A stretch of 58,780 nt of DNA, filler included, from Sphacelaria rigidula (GCA_964200075.2; 10 parts of 10 records of this genome joined end to end with filler, not necessarily neighbours in it), one strand, 5' to 3'. Positions 11,860-25,140 are shown, counted from the whole stretch's first letter. Translations and numbers: made by a program. The notes: generated by a model not told the origin, from the letters alone.

Positions 11860-14800
11860 TACTCATGATCTTGCATGCAACAGTCCGATGACCATTGGCC
11901 GCGCATCCCTTGCGAACCGGAGCACCATTCCTACTCCTGATAGGAGAAACCTCCAACATTTGGGCGCTCGTCAGGTTTCTTCCATACATTACACAAAAAC
12001 CGTTCACAGAAGTGAGAGGGGGAGTGCTCATTTCTTGCTTGCCTTAGCCGTCTGACCATTGACCACACATTACTTGCGAGACGAAGCACCGCCCCTCCTC
12101 CTAATAGAGACGCCTCCAATATTTCGGTGGTCATTACGCTTCTCCCATGCATTACACGAAAACCTTCTGCGTTTCTTCTAACCCTCCTGATGCACCGTTT
12201 GTGGCCCCCATTTATCTCTTAGTACAGCGATCGTTTCCTCGCTACTGTCCAATGCATCACACGATTTCATGCGACGTCCATTAAATTTCCACGTTTCCCC
12301 CTTCAACACGTCCCCTTCCTCCTTGTATAGTTCCCATTCTGCCACTACGTGAGTTCTTCTCTCCATTGCTTTCCCACAGGGGTAATTCTGCCCATCTACT
12401 TCCTCCTCCATTCGACTACTCGTATACCTCTTCTTTCTGGCAGGTCCAAGCCTCCCACTCGAAATCGCGATTTCAAACTATTGCGGAATCCACCGGGCCA
12501 CGCAGATATGTTTTCATCCCTATCCCTTCTGTCAACCCTCCGTATATCTTCACGTGTTCTTCCTCGCGTACTGTCCGCCCTCGCGCTCATTTTCCCCTTA
12601 TTTTTACCATGTCTCTTACTTCTGGCTTGTAACCGCCGCACTTTCACCTATGAACATTTTCCCGTCTTCGTTTCCTCCCGTGTCCTTCCATATTCTCTCG
12701 ACTGCACTATCCCACCTTATTCCAGCCTGCCCTTTCGTCACTTTCTTTCCTACAGCCATATCAACCATGGCTGGCAATCGCTTCTTCCGCACGCTCCTTA
12801 CGCTATTTCGTCATTTCAGTTTTCTCATGTCTCCATTCGTTTCAAGTGGTACAACCCCAACTCTGCTCTCAAACTGTATTACTCGCCGTTTTCTAGCATC
12901 CGAGTATTTTATTAGCTGCTGCCATCTGTACTGTTTCCAACGTTTTTACCAACTTCGCGTTCCCCTCTCATATCTCTCCTGCATTTTTCAGCCATGGTAC
13001 AATCACACTGCTCAGAATACATCTCTCAATCCTAGTATGTAGGTGCAAGTTTCTGAGGATCACGTCCATTCTGCCTATCCGTGCCTTACCCCTTTCTATT
13101 ACTTCATGTGTGCATCCCAAGAACGGCTTTCTGAGATCTCTACGCCAGGGTGTGTATACTGGTCTACGATCGGCACCTCCCCTTCTCCCCACTTGAATTT
13201 GATCCCTACCGGGTTTTCCTTGCCTTCGTTACATAATAATACCACGCATTTGTTCATCTTCGCTGTCACTCTCCATTTCCTACTGTATTCTAGCGTCTTC
13301 TCTATTTGTTTCTGCAATCCTTGTGGTGCTTCTGATATCCCCAAAAAATCATTTGCGAACATCAATCTTGATATCGTATCTTCCCCTATCTTGACTCCTT
13401 GTTTCGTTGCTTCCACTACTATAATCGGGCAATTACTAAATAGTTTGAAAAGGGTGAGCGATAGCGTACATGCTTCTGCAACTCCTTGTAAAATACAAGA
13501 ACATCGATATTCCCCCGTCTAGCATCATAAAACTTTCGGCGCTGTCACCTTCACCATTCTCCACATATTTCCTCTGATGCCAGCTTCCCACATCTAGTTC
13601 CACGTCCCCGTTTTCTATACTGCCGTAGTCATAGGCCGTTCGTACGTCTATTATAGAAAGAAACAGTACGCTGTGAGCCCGGCGTCTTCCCTACCTTGAA
13701 TAATCTTACCTAGTGTGCACACATTGTCTTTGCACTACGATTCGGTCCAAAACCTGCTTGCCCCTTGCTGATAATTTTGTATTATCTAGCATCGTTCCTA
13801 CTCAATCAGAATCTTACAAAATGTTTTGCCTACAGTGTTTTATCCCTCCATGTCTCCCTGGGTCAGATTTATCTCCTTTGCTAAATAGTTGACTAATACT
13901 CCTTCTCTCCACCTCTTGGGTATGTTCTGGGTTTCCCAGATCCAAGTATACAGCATAGCCATCGCGGGAAACATGATATCATTCCCTCTCCCCGTACTTG
14001 AGACTTTGATTCACTAGCTTGTCTGCTCTTGCTACCTTTCTGTTTTTGAGTTTAGCTAGACACTCCTTCACTTCATCTCCGGCGAATTTTCTCTGCAATT
14101 CGTTGAAGCCACTATCCTCCCTCTTGGGGTCCTCTACATTTGTCGCTACCCACGCGTTGATTTCTAGGCTTCCGTGTCGAAGTTCTTGCTAGTTTTTGGT
14201 GTTTCTAGTTGACGGAAGTGCCCCACTAGCACTTATCCCTTCCCCTTTGAACTACTGACCATTTTACCGCCCTGTACCAGTAGCGCGGCTATCCCCTTGT
14301 CTATCGTTCCTGCCTGGTTTCCCGGTAATCCCCTTCATCCCTACTTTGAAACAACTCGGGAAATTTCACCACAGTTTTGGTCATCTCTTCTTGGAACTCT
14401 TGCTGTTTTCCCCCCATTTCCAGTATACCTATTCTCAATTTTGTAGGGGGGGGTGGTTCTCCTTGGTTGCTTGCCTGAGTCGTTTGACCATGGACCACGT
14501 ACCCTTTCGGGACCGAGCACGGTTCCTACTTCTGATACAGACCTTCAACATGTAGGCGCTCACTACGTTTTTTTCCGTACATTACACAGAAACCTCCTAC
14601 ATGTCTCATCCCATTTATGTTTCGCCGTCTGTGGCCATCCAATTCCTAGTATAGAGATTGTTCTCTCGCTACTGTCCACCAAACGATTATGCCACCTTCG
14701 TCCAGTTCCCGCATTTCCCCGTCTAGCGCGTCCCGTTTCTTCTTGTATGCTTCACATTTTGCCAATATATGCGTTCTACCCCTGTTGGTTTGCCACAGGG

Positions 14801-15050
14801 GTAAGTCTGAGCATACACTTCTTCCTCCACCCGACTACCGGTATACCTCTTCCTTCTTTCCGGGAGGTACAGGTCCCCCACCCGAGGTTGCACGTTCGAC
14901 TTTCTCACGTGAGTCACTGCAACGTGCAGATGTGCTTTCATCCCTATCCCCACTCTCAACTTCCCGTATATCTTCAGGTCCCCCTCCTAATCTACTTTCC
15001 GTCTTGGCGCTTGTTTTCCCCTTATTTCTATCATCTTACTTTTGTCTGGA
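11860..15050 (-). mobile_element. Tandem stack of three decayed LINE copies (11860-12010; 12024-14444 with RT and CCHC; 14457-15050)
   Basis: Peptide LMFANDFLGISEAPQGLQKQIEKTLEYSRKWRVTA..KFKWGEGEVPIVDQYTHPGV (RT domains 5-7) and the CPCG..RTHVVAE knuckle remnant. Many stops and frameshifts. Copies are separated by G-runs. Confidence 0.9.
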
Positions 15051-16739
15051 GGGGGAATGGGAGGGGGCTCGGGCTGCGCAAGAGGGTTGGCAAGGAGGAT
15101 TTCGGTGGAGCGGGTCTGGGGCAGCATATCGCTATCACGTGGTACAAGAAACAGGAGCAAGCCAAGATCGGAACAATGTTAACGGTGAATCTCGTAGTTG
15201 AGCGGTGCGCGAAGCGTGCGGAATAGCACAGGTTCACTAATTGTTCCTCCTGGTGGGAAGTACTTACATATAAAAATAATTGAAATCCGGGGCGTATGGG
15301 TGGAGGAACGGTGTGCATAACCAAGCGATCATCTTGTGTTCCACAACGGGGCTCCCGAGGAGGTTTCGCTGAAGAGGTACGGATGAGCGGAAACATTCGT
15401 CGGCCACAGATGACCTGCTTTGCTTCAAACCGGGAGCCGTTGGCTACGTTGTTCGGTGACTACGAAAAGTGGCCCAATCAGCTTCAGTAGTGGTGGCTTT
15501 GTACTTGGAGCAGAAGCAACAAGCTCACCGGGCGGGCTTGTGATACGCTACTTCATACTACCATGGCTGAATTACAGCATACCCCGCTACTCTCTTTGAT
15601 GTAATTCAACTTTCAGCGCACGGGAGAGCTGAATGTACGCAGGCGAGCTCGGCCGCGCTGCGGTAGACCTCTAGCAGTCCGACTGTCATACGGTGAGCCT
15701 GTTGCGAAGGGGCAGCAAACACGAAACTATATACGATGGAGAGACCCCTTACTGCTTTTAGTTTCGACCTCAAGCACAATGGGAGTGTGCTTCAACTCAC
15801 CAATACCCATGTGCATATCTTGTACTAGCCCGTAACCGTGCGGACTGTTGCGTTTGGCGCAGACGTAGGCTGTAGACGAGAAGGCTTGCGGTACAGCAAC
15901 ACCACCAACGTAATCCCTTCTAGACAATTTCCTTCCTATCTTCTCGAAACAATCCGGCGCTTTCAAGCATTTTTTTCGGTGTCATTTCGAGGCAGTCGCG
16001 TGGGAGGGATCCAAGGATCCGACGAATAGCGGTACGTCTGAAAACTACTTGCTTTTGATACAGTTGATTCATCCCGTACAAATCAATCATCTGGGCATTG
16101 TTTTCAGCGTTGCACCCCAGGTTGAGGTACACGCGCTCCAGGCACGTGGGATAGCACGACAATTGCGTGGAGACGTGTTAGAACCACGGTCGACTTATTT
16201 CCCTCTTTCGAGCAACCAGGCTTCAGAAATCGTACATCAGGCGACTCAAACTAGCAACGATTCGTCCCGCCCTTGGACGGATCATACCTGGAGGCCCGGC
16301 CAGAAGCCCCGAAGCCAAACTTGACGTGGTCCTCCCGCTGCAACACTAGCATGAGTGTAGCGTCGTGCTCGCTAACTCACTCTACCGCCTGTGTTCGGGA
16401 TGAAGAGACGACAAAATGCTCAAGCCAATGCATATTACTGTACAGCGTAGATGGCAACTCCGGTCATATCAGACGTTATTCGAACGACATATACTGGTTC
16501 TTGTTGCAGCATCCAAGTAATATCCCTCCACGATCCCTTCCCCATCAGAGGCACACGTTCGGTCAGCGACGTTTAGCCACAACAAAATCAGATTTCCAGA
16601 CGCCCCAGTGTTTTTTTTTCTAGTCACTTGCACAACGGAAGTCTTCTGTGGCACTCAATCTATCTGTTTCAACGTGCACTTCACTTTGAAGGCAATTGGA
16701 GCCTTAAACTTGCGAGAGGATAGGGGGGCGGGGGGGGTG

Positions 16740-17100
16740 TAGTGATGATACTGCATGCCATAGTCGTAAGACTAATGACCTCGCATCTCTACAAAGCCGG
16801 GACGCAGCGCGCCGGGTGTTCGCCGAGCCAGGAGGGGGAGGGTGGGGGCTACTTACTTGTTGTTTGCCCTTGTCTTTTGACCACTGACCACGCATCCCTT
16901 ACGAGAAGGAGTACCATTCCTACTCCTAATAGCGAGACCTTTAACATTTGGGTGTCCATCACGTTTCTTCCATACATTACACAATGTCACAGAGGGGGGG
17001 CGGTGTCTACTCATGATCTTACATTCCGTAGTCGTATGACCAATGACCTCGCATCCCTACAAAACCGGGACGAAGCACGCCGAGTGTTTGCTGAACCAGG
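16740..17100 (-). mobile_element. Three tandem 5'-truncated LINE 3' tips separated by G-runs; another tip at 17508-17565
   Basis: Match to the conserved LINE 3' termini (two subfamily variants). Confidence 0.8.
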
Positions 17101-18454
17101 CTTGCAATCGGATGCCTTGATGTGTTTGGTGAGTTGCATGAAGAGTGTGCTGCATCCTGCAAAGACGTTCGGCCCGAAGCGTACTGACTATCTCGCATAA
17201 GGATGACAGCCTGCAATGAGTTGCCTCATTTTCTAGTATCGCCACTTCCAGAGAGGCAACCACGGGTCCACACACCATTATGGGTGTCTCACCATTCAAA
17301 CACTAGTTGTATGATCACCCCTTTGCGCGGAGTTGAGGTTTTCCCACCCCGCACAACATGATCTAGCTCGACCACAATCATAATTACCGCGAACAAATGC
17401 AAGAAAAAAAACATTAACCAGATCGCCTAGCTTACGCAGGGAGTGGCGTATTTTACATCGTCGTTGCCAACCGACGCCAACCCCATGGGGAGGGGTGGGA
17501 GGGAGGTGTAGTCATGATCATGCATGCCATAGTCATAAGACCATTGACCTCGCATCCCTACAATGNNNNNNNNNNNNNNNNNNNNNNNNNNNNNNNNNNN
17601 NNNNNNNNNTTAATTAATTAANNNNNNNNNNNNNNNNNNNNNNNNNNNNNNNNNNNNNNNNNNNNACCCCCGCGCGCCCCCTATCCCCCTTGAGGCATTG
17701 GAGTGCACTGTGCGCAATGGACAGGGACTGGAAAATGCAAAGACCAGAGAAAACGCTCCGTTGTTGACCATATAATGGTAGAACATGGGAATAATGAGGA
17801 AATTGAAGAAAATATATGTATGCGCAGAGGTCGTGGGAACCACAGGTCATTGCGTAGTATCACAGAAAGATATCAGACGGCGAACAGACGAGAGCTCAAA
17901 GAAATAGGTGGGTAGGAAGTTGTACAAATGGAAAATAGATTAACTAGAAATTGGAGGAAACAGCAAGAGTTCCAAGAAGAGATGGCCAAAAATGCAGTGA
18001 AATTTTGCGAGCTGGTGGAAAGCGTAGGTACAGTTGACACCGAAATGTGAAGAGATCGAGCAGGAGCGAAGATTATTGGAGGATGGGAGCAGTTGGTTAA
18101 GAACACAGCGAGTAAAGTCATAGGGAAGAAAGTGATCGTATGCAGCAGAGCAGTAAAATGGTGGGATGAGGAAGTAAAATAGGCTATAAGAGTGAGGAGA
18201 GCGGCCCACGTAAGATACATATCGAGTAAAACTACGGTAGAATGGGGGGAGTATACTGGAGCTCGAAAAAAAGTAAAAATATGGTGAAGGAGACAAAAAA
18301 GAGAGTGCGGGAAGGTATAGTAAATAAAACAAATCAAGATTTCGATGGCGGGATGAAACAAATATGGGTAGGGATGAAAGGGATAATGGGAAACCAGGCA
18401 GGGAATATAGACCGGGGGATAGCCACGCTACGGACACAGAATGGTTAAAATGGT

Positions 18455-18702
18455 GACACTTCCTACGATAGCCCCCCCGCCAAAAGTGCATGGTTTTGGA
18501 AGGCAAAGTCTTCACATAACTCGAAATGGGAAACGCCGAGTACAACGAACAGCTGGGAATTCTCACGCTTGGGTTCGTTTTAGCCAATATTGCCAATATG
18601 AGGCGCTTCATGCGGCCTGAACCCAAGCATCAGGCGCTGTATGGCCACTTGCTTGTGACACTTTTGAGCTGGTTTTGGGGGGGTGCTATCGTAGGAAGTG
18701 TC
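18455..18702. mobile_element. MITE family M3 (~250 bp), 4-bp TSD TGGT
   Basis: TIRs GACACTTCCTACGATAGCCCCCCC / GGGGGGGTGCTATCGTAGGAAGTGTC. TGGT is duplicated and the empty site is seen in the LINE copy at ~14250-14270. Fragments of the family at 56010-56053 and 56955-57313. Confidence 0.9.
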
Positions 18703-20721
18703 TGGTGGGTAGGTCGAAGAGAAAGAGAGAAGTGCTAGTAGAGTACCGTAAACTAGGAATGTCAGAAACGAACAAAAGATTTCGACACGGAGTTCGAACA
18801 GGAAATCAACGCGTGGGCAGAGGCATATGTAGAGGCGTCAAAACTGGAGGATATGGGCTCCAAAGAATTGCAGAGAGAGTTACCAGAGACGAAGTAAAGG
18901 AGGGTGTAACTGAATTCAAAAACAGAAAGGCAGCAGGGGGACATGAAATCGTGCAAGAATTTCTGGAGTGCGGCAGAGAGGGGATGGTTACCATGATGGT
19001 TATGCTGTTCAACTGGATCTGGGAAAACGAGTACACACGGAAGGGGTGAAGAGAAAGAGTTGTAGTCGACCTCTCCAAGAGAAAAGATACGGCTGGCCCA
19101 GGGAATGAAAGAGGAACAACGCTATTGAGCACGGTAAGGAAAACATGTTTTCAAGTTTCTGAACTAAAGAGTGGGAACAAGCAAGAAAAAAAACAGCGAG
19201 GGGCAAGCAGGTTTTAGACCAAAACGTTGCGTAGACCATGTGTACACGTTAGGTGAGATTATTCAGGGTAGGAAAGACGCCGAGCTGACAACTTGCTGTT
19301 TCTCTCTGGACGTACGAAAGGCCTATGACACAGTATAGAGAAATGGGCTGTGGAAAAGCTGTGGGAAACTGGGATCATACAAAATATGTTTAGAATGGTG
19401 AAGATGGCAGGATGTGCCAAAAGTGCTGTGATGAAAGACAGGGAAATATCGTAACATTTTGGCATTTTCACAAGGAGCTGCATAAGGATGTAGGTGTATC
19501 ACCCACTCTACTCGAAGTATTCATGAATGACGTGATAGTAGCAATCGAAGCAGCAAAGCAAGGAATCAAGGTCGGGGAAGATACGACATCAGAACTGGTT
19601 TCGCAGAAGATTTCCTGGGGGTATCAGAGATACAAAAAGGATTTCAGAAGCAATTAGAGGAGGCACTAGAATACACTAGGAAATGGAGAGTGACAGCGAA
19701 CGTAAAAAAATGCGCGGGGGTTGTATGTGACGAACATAAGAAAAATCCGGTAAAGTTCAAATGGAAGTGGGGAGGAGAGAAACTGCCGATCGTTGACCAG
19801 TATACAAACCTTGGCGTAAAAATCTAAAAGAACTGTACTTGGGATGCACACTCGAATACAGTAATAGAAGATGGCGAAGAAGCACAGATGAGCAGGATGG
19901 ACGTGATCCTCAGAGATTCGCACCTAATAACTAGGGTTGAGATATGTGTCCCGGTAAGTGATTATACCAAAGCGGGAATATCCAGGACAAGTTTGGGAGG
20001 AGAACGCGAAGTTGGTGAAGAAGTTGGAAACAGTGCAGATGGCAGCACCTACGGAAAAGCATTGGATGCTCCAAAACGACGAGTGATACAGCATTGAGAG
20101 CAACGTTGGGAATGTACCCACTTGGAACAGAGGGTATGGGGGCGATGTCAACATGGCTTTAAGAACATGCAGAGAAGAAGATTGCCAGCCGTAGGTGATA
20201 GGGCTGTATGGAAGAAGGTAACGAAAGAGCAGGCTGGGAGAAGTTGGGATAGAGAAGTCGAGAAAATATGGAAGGAGGGAGGAGGGAACCGAGACGAAAT
20301 GGTATCTATAGGTGAAGGTGCGGGGTACACAACAAAAGTAAGAGACATGATGGAAATAAACGGGAGAAGAAACGCTCAGACGCAGAGTAGACGAGCAAGA
20401 ACACCTGAAGATATACTGGGGGTTGAGAGAGAGGATAGGAATGGGAACTTATCTGCATGGCCCACTGGACGCGGGGAATAATTGGAAACTGCGATTTCGG
20501 GTGGGGGACCTAGACCTTCCAGAAAGGAAGAGATATACCAGCGGTCGAGAGGAGGAGGAAGTAGATGCACGTCGTTGCCCCTGTGGCAAAGCAAAAGAGA
20601 GCAGATCTCATGTAGTTGCAGAATTTGAACTATCCAAGGATGTGTTGAACGGGGACATGCGGGACGTGAACGAAGGTGGCATGAAATTGTTTGATGCGTT
20701 AGAGAGTACGGAAAAGACGAT

Positions 20722-20950
20722 GGGTTTACCTGGTGATGGTCGCCATCAGGGTGCAGAGAATGAGGGTTCGATTCCCGATGTGTTTGGTTTTTTCTTCGTG
20801 GTATGTGATTTCCACCGTGGGAAGCGTGAGAACGTGAGTAAACAGAGCAGTCGACTAAGTTTGTTTGGCGTGATTGCTTATCCAATCCGCGAGACCACAG
20901 ACTCGTCCCGAGGAAGGGGAGGGATTCAAGTGTGACGGATGACAATACAT
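20722..20950 (+). mobile_element. tRNA-derived SINE-like element family S3 inserted in the LINE
   Basis: B box GGTTCGATTCC at 20765-20775. The 3' end is shared with 1-58 and 8876-8920. LINE sequence resumes afterwards. Confidence 0.7.
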
Positions 20951-21268
20951 AATACGTAAAGATGGTGGCCCCATACGGCGAAACAGGACGGGGGTAAGGT
21001 ATGTAAACCGTTTTTGTGGAAGGTCTGGAAAACGTACTGAGGACCGAAATGTTGGGAGGTGTCTCCGGTAGGAGTTAACAAGTTGCTCCGTCTCAAAAGG
21101 GATGCGTGGTCAACGGTCAAACGACTAAGGCAAGCAACAAATAAGTACGCTCTCCGTGAGGCATGGATTATGAGTATACCCGCCCGGAGGCATCGTGCGT
21201 GCCGTAGGAGATGATGGCTTCCACGATACAGATGAACGTCTCTTGCCACTGATGGAGTGATGGTGAAT

Positions 21269-21693
21269 AGCACGGGGTTTGACAAGTTGGGGATGGATCT
21301 CTTTTTGGGGCTAAAAATCCGGAGGATTAAAATCTTCGAATCCACGCCAAGTCTTCGAGGTATGCTTCCATTTCTTCCCTTACTGGTAGCTAATGACAAC
21401 TACTACACGCCATACAAATTTGGACTTCGACAACCGAAATGTCGGGGTGCTAGGTGAAGAGCCAATTTTGACGTCCGATCGGTAAATCCCCCAAAATTGG
21501 TTCTTCACCTAGGACCCCGACATTTCGGTTGTCGAAGTCCAAATTTGTATGGCGTGTAGTAGTTGTCATTAGCTACCAGCAAGTGAAGAAATCGAAGCAT
21601 ACTTCGAAGACTTGGTGTGGATACGAAGATTTTAGTCCTCCGGGTTTTCATCCCCAATAAAAGATCCATTCCCAACTTGTAACATCCCGTGTT
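21269..21693. mobile_element. Foldback MITE family M2, 4-bp TSD GAAT
   Basis: ~200-bp inverted arms. GAAT at 21265-21268 and 21694-21697. Homologous to 44832-45228. Confidence 0.9.
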
Positions 21694-22284
21694 GAATGCG
21701 TCGTGTTTCTAATGCTCACGTATTGACCAAAGCAGAGAAATGTCAGTTGTGCCCTGTGCTCCACAAGCAACAGTAGGGCATTCCATGGTCATGGGCTCCA
21801 CCGCCCAATATATATACCCATGAGTACATGTACGGACGGTACAAACAATATAGGTGGAAATTCGCAAATAAAACTCGACTTGGGTGATGTGTGGCACATT
21901 CACCTTCCGCCCGCTTTTTCCGAGTTACGAAGCTCACCGAACTCTCATGACATCGCTGCCGAATGCTGAGGTTACCGTTCAAACACATTTCAAGTACAGA
22001 TAGAGGTACACTATATCCTGAATGTGGTGGTCGTTGCGTTGGCGTATTTTGCTTGGGCAACACGTGGTGGGCGGGCGGTACTGACTGGTGAGGCACTGCC
22101 GACCTATTGGTGAGATGTAGAAAATAATCATCAAAGAATGACAATGTTTTGAAAAAAAAGTGACTTGACGCGTGACGGGCTTCACAAGGAAAGTCTTCCG
22201 TGATCTCTCTTCACCGATAGCCACGAGGGAGTTGGTTCCTGATATGGTACGAGCTGTGCCAGCCGAGAAGCGAGTTTGTAGTTT

Positions 22285-23450
22285 GCAGGCCCGTTGTACG
22301 GCCAATATTTGGAGCTGGACCCTGAGATTTGGTACGGACAACGACGGGGCATAATAAAAACAATTACCAGTTAACGCAAGGTTTTTTTCCTTCGTTTTCA
22401 TGAGTGAAGGGCATTTTACTGATACCTGAAAACTGATTATTGCCCTTAACTCATGAGAAAAAAATAAAAGCCTGTGTGTGGACTGGTAATTGTTTTTATT
22501 ATGCCCTATTCATTGTCCACACCATATTTCAGGGTCCAACTCTTGATGTTGGCCGTACAACGGGCCGTTTAGTGACGGGGTCAGAAGAAATTCGGAACAG
22601 TATTTTGTAGGCCACCTACCGGCCCGTTTGGTATTTGTGTATCAAAACTTTGTGTGGGCCGTGGCTAGGGCATAATTGACTGAACAAAGTGGATCAAGTT
22701 GATTTTTTCCCTTTTTTTTTACTGGTTCAGGGCCTTCTAGTGTTGTTGTTGTTGTCTTCATAAGTGTGAAAACCACCACTTTTTTACGAGAACGCCCGAA
22801 CCTCCCCCCCCCCCCCCCACACAAAAAAAAAGAACACTTTTTTTTGTTGTAAGATAACACATGTGTTTATTTTTTCTTNNNNNNNNNNGGATCCATTTTT
22901 TTTGCATTCAGCATACCTCTGTGGTTCTTCATTCCTGAGTTTCAAATCACAATTCTAAAAGTCGAGCTGAAGAATTGGGATAAGGCCCAAGAGCAGCGTT
23001 CATTTCTCCTCAAAACTGCCCCAAAACCCCAAACGAATGACAAACGAAAAAACTGAAAAAAAACTGCGTTTGTAAGCTTTATTACGCACCAGCGGTCCTC
23101 CATACAAAATTCATCGCAAAATTTTCAAAAACTGAGACGCGACATCCATGTCAAGGTCATCTAGTGCATCTGCTCGTAATATGATGGTTTTAGTATCGAA
23201 ACTTTTGTGCGCCATATCTCGAGATAGATTGCAAATTAGGTGGAGGTGAGGGTATCTCATCTATCGTCTCCCCGTGCTCCAGAGAATGTCTACACCAGAT
23301 TCCTCGTCACCCGTTGAATGCATCGATCGGGGGTTCCATAGAGATTCGAGTATGGACGCTATCTCCGTTAGGTATAGGAGTGACTACGAGCTAGGCCAGC
23401 CTAAAAACGGATTTAAGCTCTAAAAGCAATATCTCATCGACACAGACGAG
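22285..23450. mobile_element. Non-autonomous DNA-transposon-like repeat with internal inverted repeat (22287-22570); homologous copy at 34215-34905
   Basis: Collinear blocks GGCATTTTACTG..CCTG(A/G)AAACTGAT, TTATGCCCT, AGGGTCCAACTCT, AAAACTGAGACGCGA and ATATCTCGAGATAGAT occur in both contigs. Confidence 0.7.
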
Positions 23451-23553
23451 TTGNNNNNNNNNNNNNNNNNNNNNNNNNNNNNNNNNNNNNNNNNNNNTTA
23501 ATTAATTAANNNNNNNNNNNNNNNNNNNNNNNNNNNNNNNNNNNNNNNNNNNN

Positions 23554-23785
23554 CGTCCAAAATCGATCAACATCGGGGTATAAGTGGACCCAAAAGGGCC
23601 AAAATGGGGTATATTTTGATATGATTTTAGTATTGAAAACAAGTTTTTATTTTATTTTATTTTCTTCAGTCAGCTTCGTCTGTACGTTATCTCTCTAACG
23701 AGCGCAACTGTAGCATGATCGTGAGCATTGAAATACCCACACGATTAAACGTCCATAACGATACAGACTTATGGGACAGAGGAAG
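23554..23785. mobile_element. Right end of a Stowaway-like MITE
   Basis: Ends ACTTATGGGACAGAGGAAG-TA. The same TIR occurs at 29547-29565 and downstream of the transposase (52583-52601). Confidence 0.85.
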
Positions 23786-24199
23786 TATTTGTCCATCGCG
23801 CCACCGCTATAGCCTTGAACGAAAATTCGGCTATGTCACCCTTTTCGTCTGTTAGTTGGGGTCAGTATGATACCACATTTGTGCATATTGGCTGGGTATT
23901 GCGTTTGTCATTAGCCGGAGACACAATTTTGGGTTTCAACCTGAACCAGCCTTTACTTTCGACGCTGAATACTGTATTGTCTGTCTTTCACGTATTTTTT
24001 TTTATGTGTGTGTTTTTTTATGTTGTTTTGTGTTTTCTTTGCGTTGTTCTCCGTTTCTTGTGTTCCTTTGTTCATTTCTGTCGCGTGTAACCTTGTGTGT
24101 GTGCTTTTTTTCTCTTCATGTTTTCGAGTTTTGCTTCATAAAATATTCTAGGTATTGTTCTGTTGTGTTTTGTCGCTTGGTTGTGAAGGCTGACTATTA

Positions 24200-24320
24200 G
24201 AGGTGGAGCGAGGCAACTTGGCGTCTGTGCTGGAAGAGGGTCTCAGCTGCAGTGAAAACACGACTAGTTCAACATATGCCTTGAGATAGCAAAGAGCGTA
24301 GAACACCTGCACAGATTCAA
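24200..24320 (+). pseudogene. Protein kinase (TKL-like) pseudogene exon, subdomains V-VIa
   Basis: EVERGNLASVLEE / SQLQ*KHD*FNICLEIAKSVEHLHRF(K), with a frameshift and two stops. Donor AA|GTGAGT at 24320/24321. Confidence 0.65.
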
Positions 24321-24833
24321 GTGAGTGGACAAGAAGCACAAACAAACTCGCACGGTACTGATAACAGCCTGTTTTTGGAGGGACTCGAGAAATTATTCGA
24401 AAAACTCGAGGAGAAAAAATCGACGATAGACGTGTGATGATTGATAGATGCTGCTGTAATCAGCTGCCAATCTCAGAGTAGCAGCTACTGTCTGGGCCAA
24501 ATACAAATGCGTCAATCGCCAAATTATCGCAATATTTTTCCAGATATCCTCCTAGCTCCCGTGACAAGGGCATGAGATGGGCCCTGACCCTCCGTTCTTC
24601 TATTACTTTTGCTCTTGTCTTCATGTCCCTCGTCGAAACATCTTTCTAGCGTAACGGAAAGGAGCTGTCTTTTCGTGTTGCCGATGTTGATGCCAGTCTT
24701 ATCAGTCGTAATGTTGGTTTTGTCGTTGCGCTTAACCCTGTGAGCACCCACAGATGACGGGCACCTAGGCCCTACAGTCATGTTTCACATGAAAACGATG
24801 GCGATTCAAGCACCTCCCCGCCCATCCCCCATT

Positions 24834-25140
24834 GATAGCTATACTTAGAAAGTTGTGGTGGCCACAGACGATGACACAGGAAGGGGGTAAGGTATGCAGA
24901 TTTTTATGTGTAGTGTATGAAGGCAACATAATGAGCGCCAAAATGTTGGAGGTGTCGCTATTAGGAGTGGGAACGGTGCTCCGTCTCGAAAGGGATGAGT
25001 GATCAATGGTGAAATGGCCAAGGCAAGCAACAAATGAGTACGCTCCCCCCCTGGTTCATCATCTCGAAAGGGATGCGCGGTCAATGGACGAATGACTGAG
25101 GCAAGCAACAATCAGTACGTCCCTCGTTCCCCCCCCCCCC
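24834..25140 (+). mobile_element. Two tandem LINE 3' fragments with C-runs; a further pair at 25755-25910
   Basis: Conserved terminus ..GGTCAATGG..ACTAAGGCAAGCAACAAATGAGTAC followed by C-rich tracts. Confidence 0.88.

Larger units (their letters stand above)
17691..21148 (+). mobile_element. Near-complete decayed ORF2 of an APE-RT non-LTR retrotransposon (LINE)
   Basis: In order: APE C-terminal remnant RSVVDHIMV, KWWDEEVK, NRKAAG..EIV, QAGFRPK, LDVRKAYDTV, LSPTL-like, KWRVTANVKKC, LKLRFRVGDLDLPERKRY-like and RCPCGKAKESRSHVVAE (zinc-knuckle remnant), then the conserved 3' end. Interrupted by a MITE (18455-18702) and a SINE (20722-20950). Confidence 0.93.
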
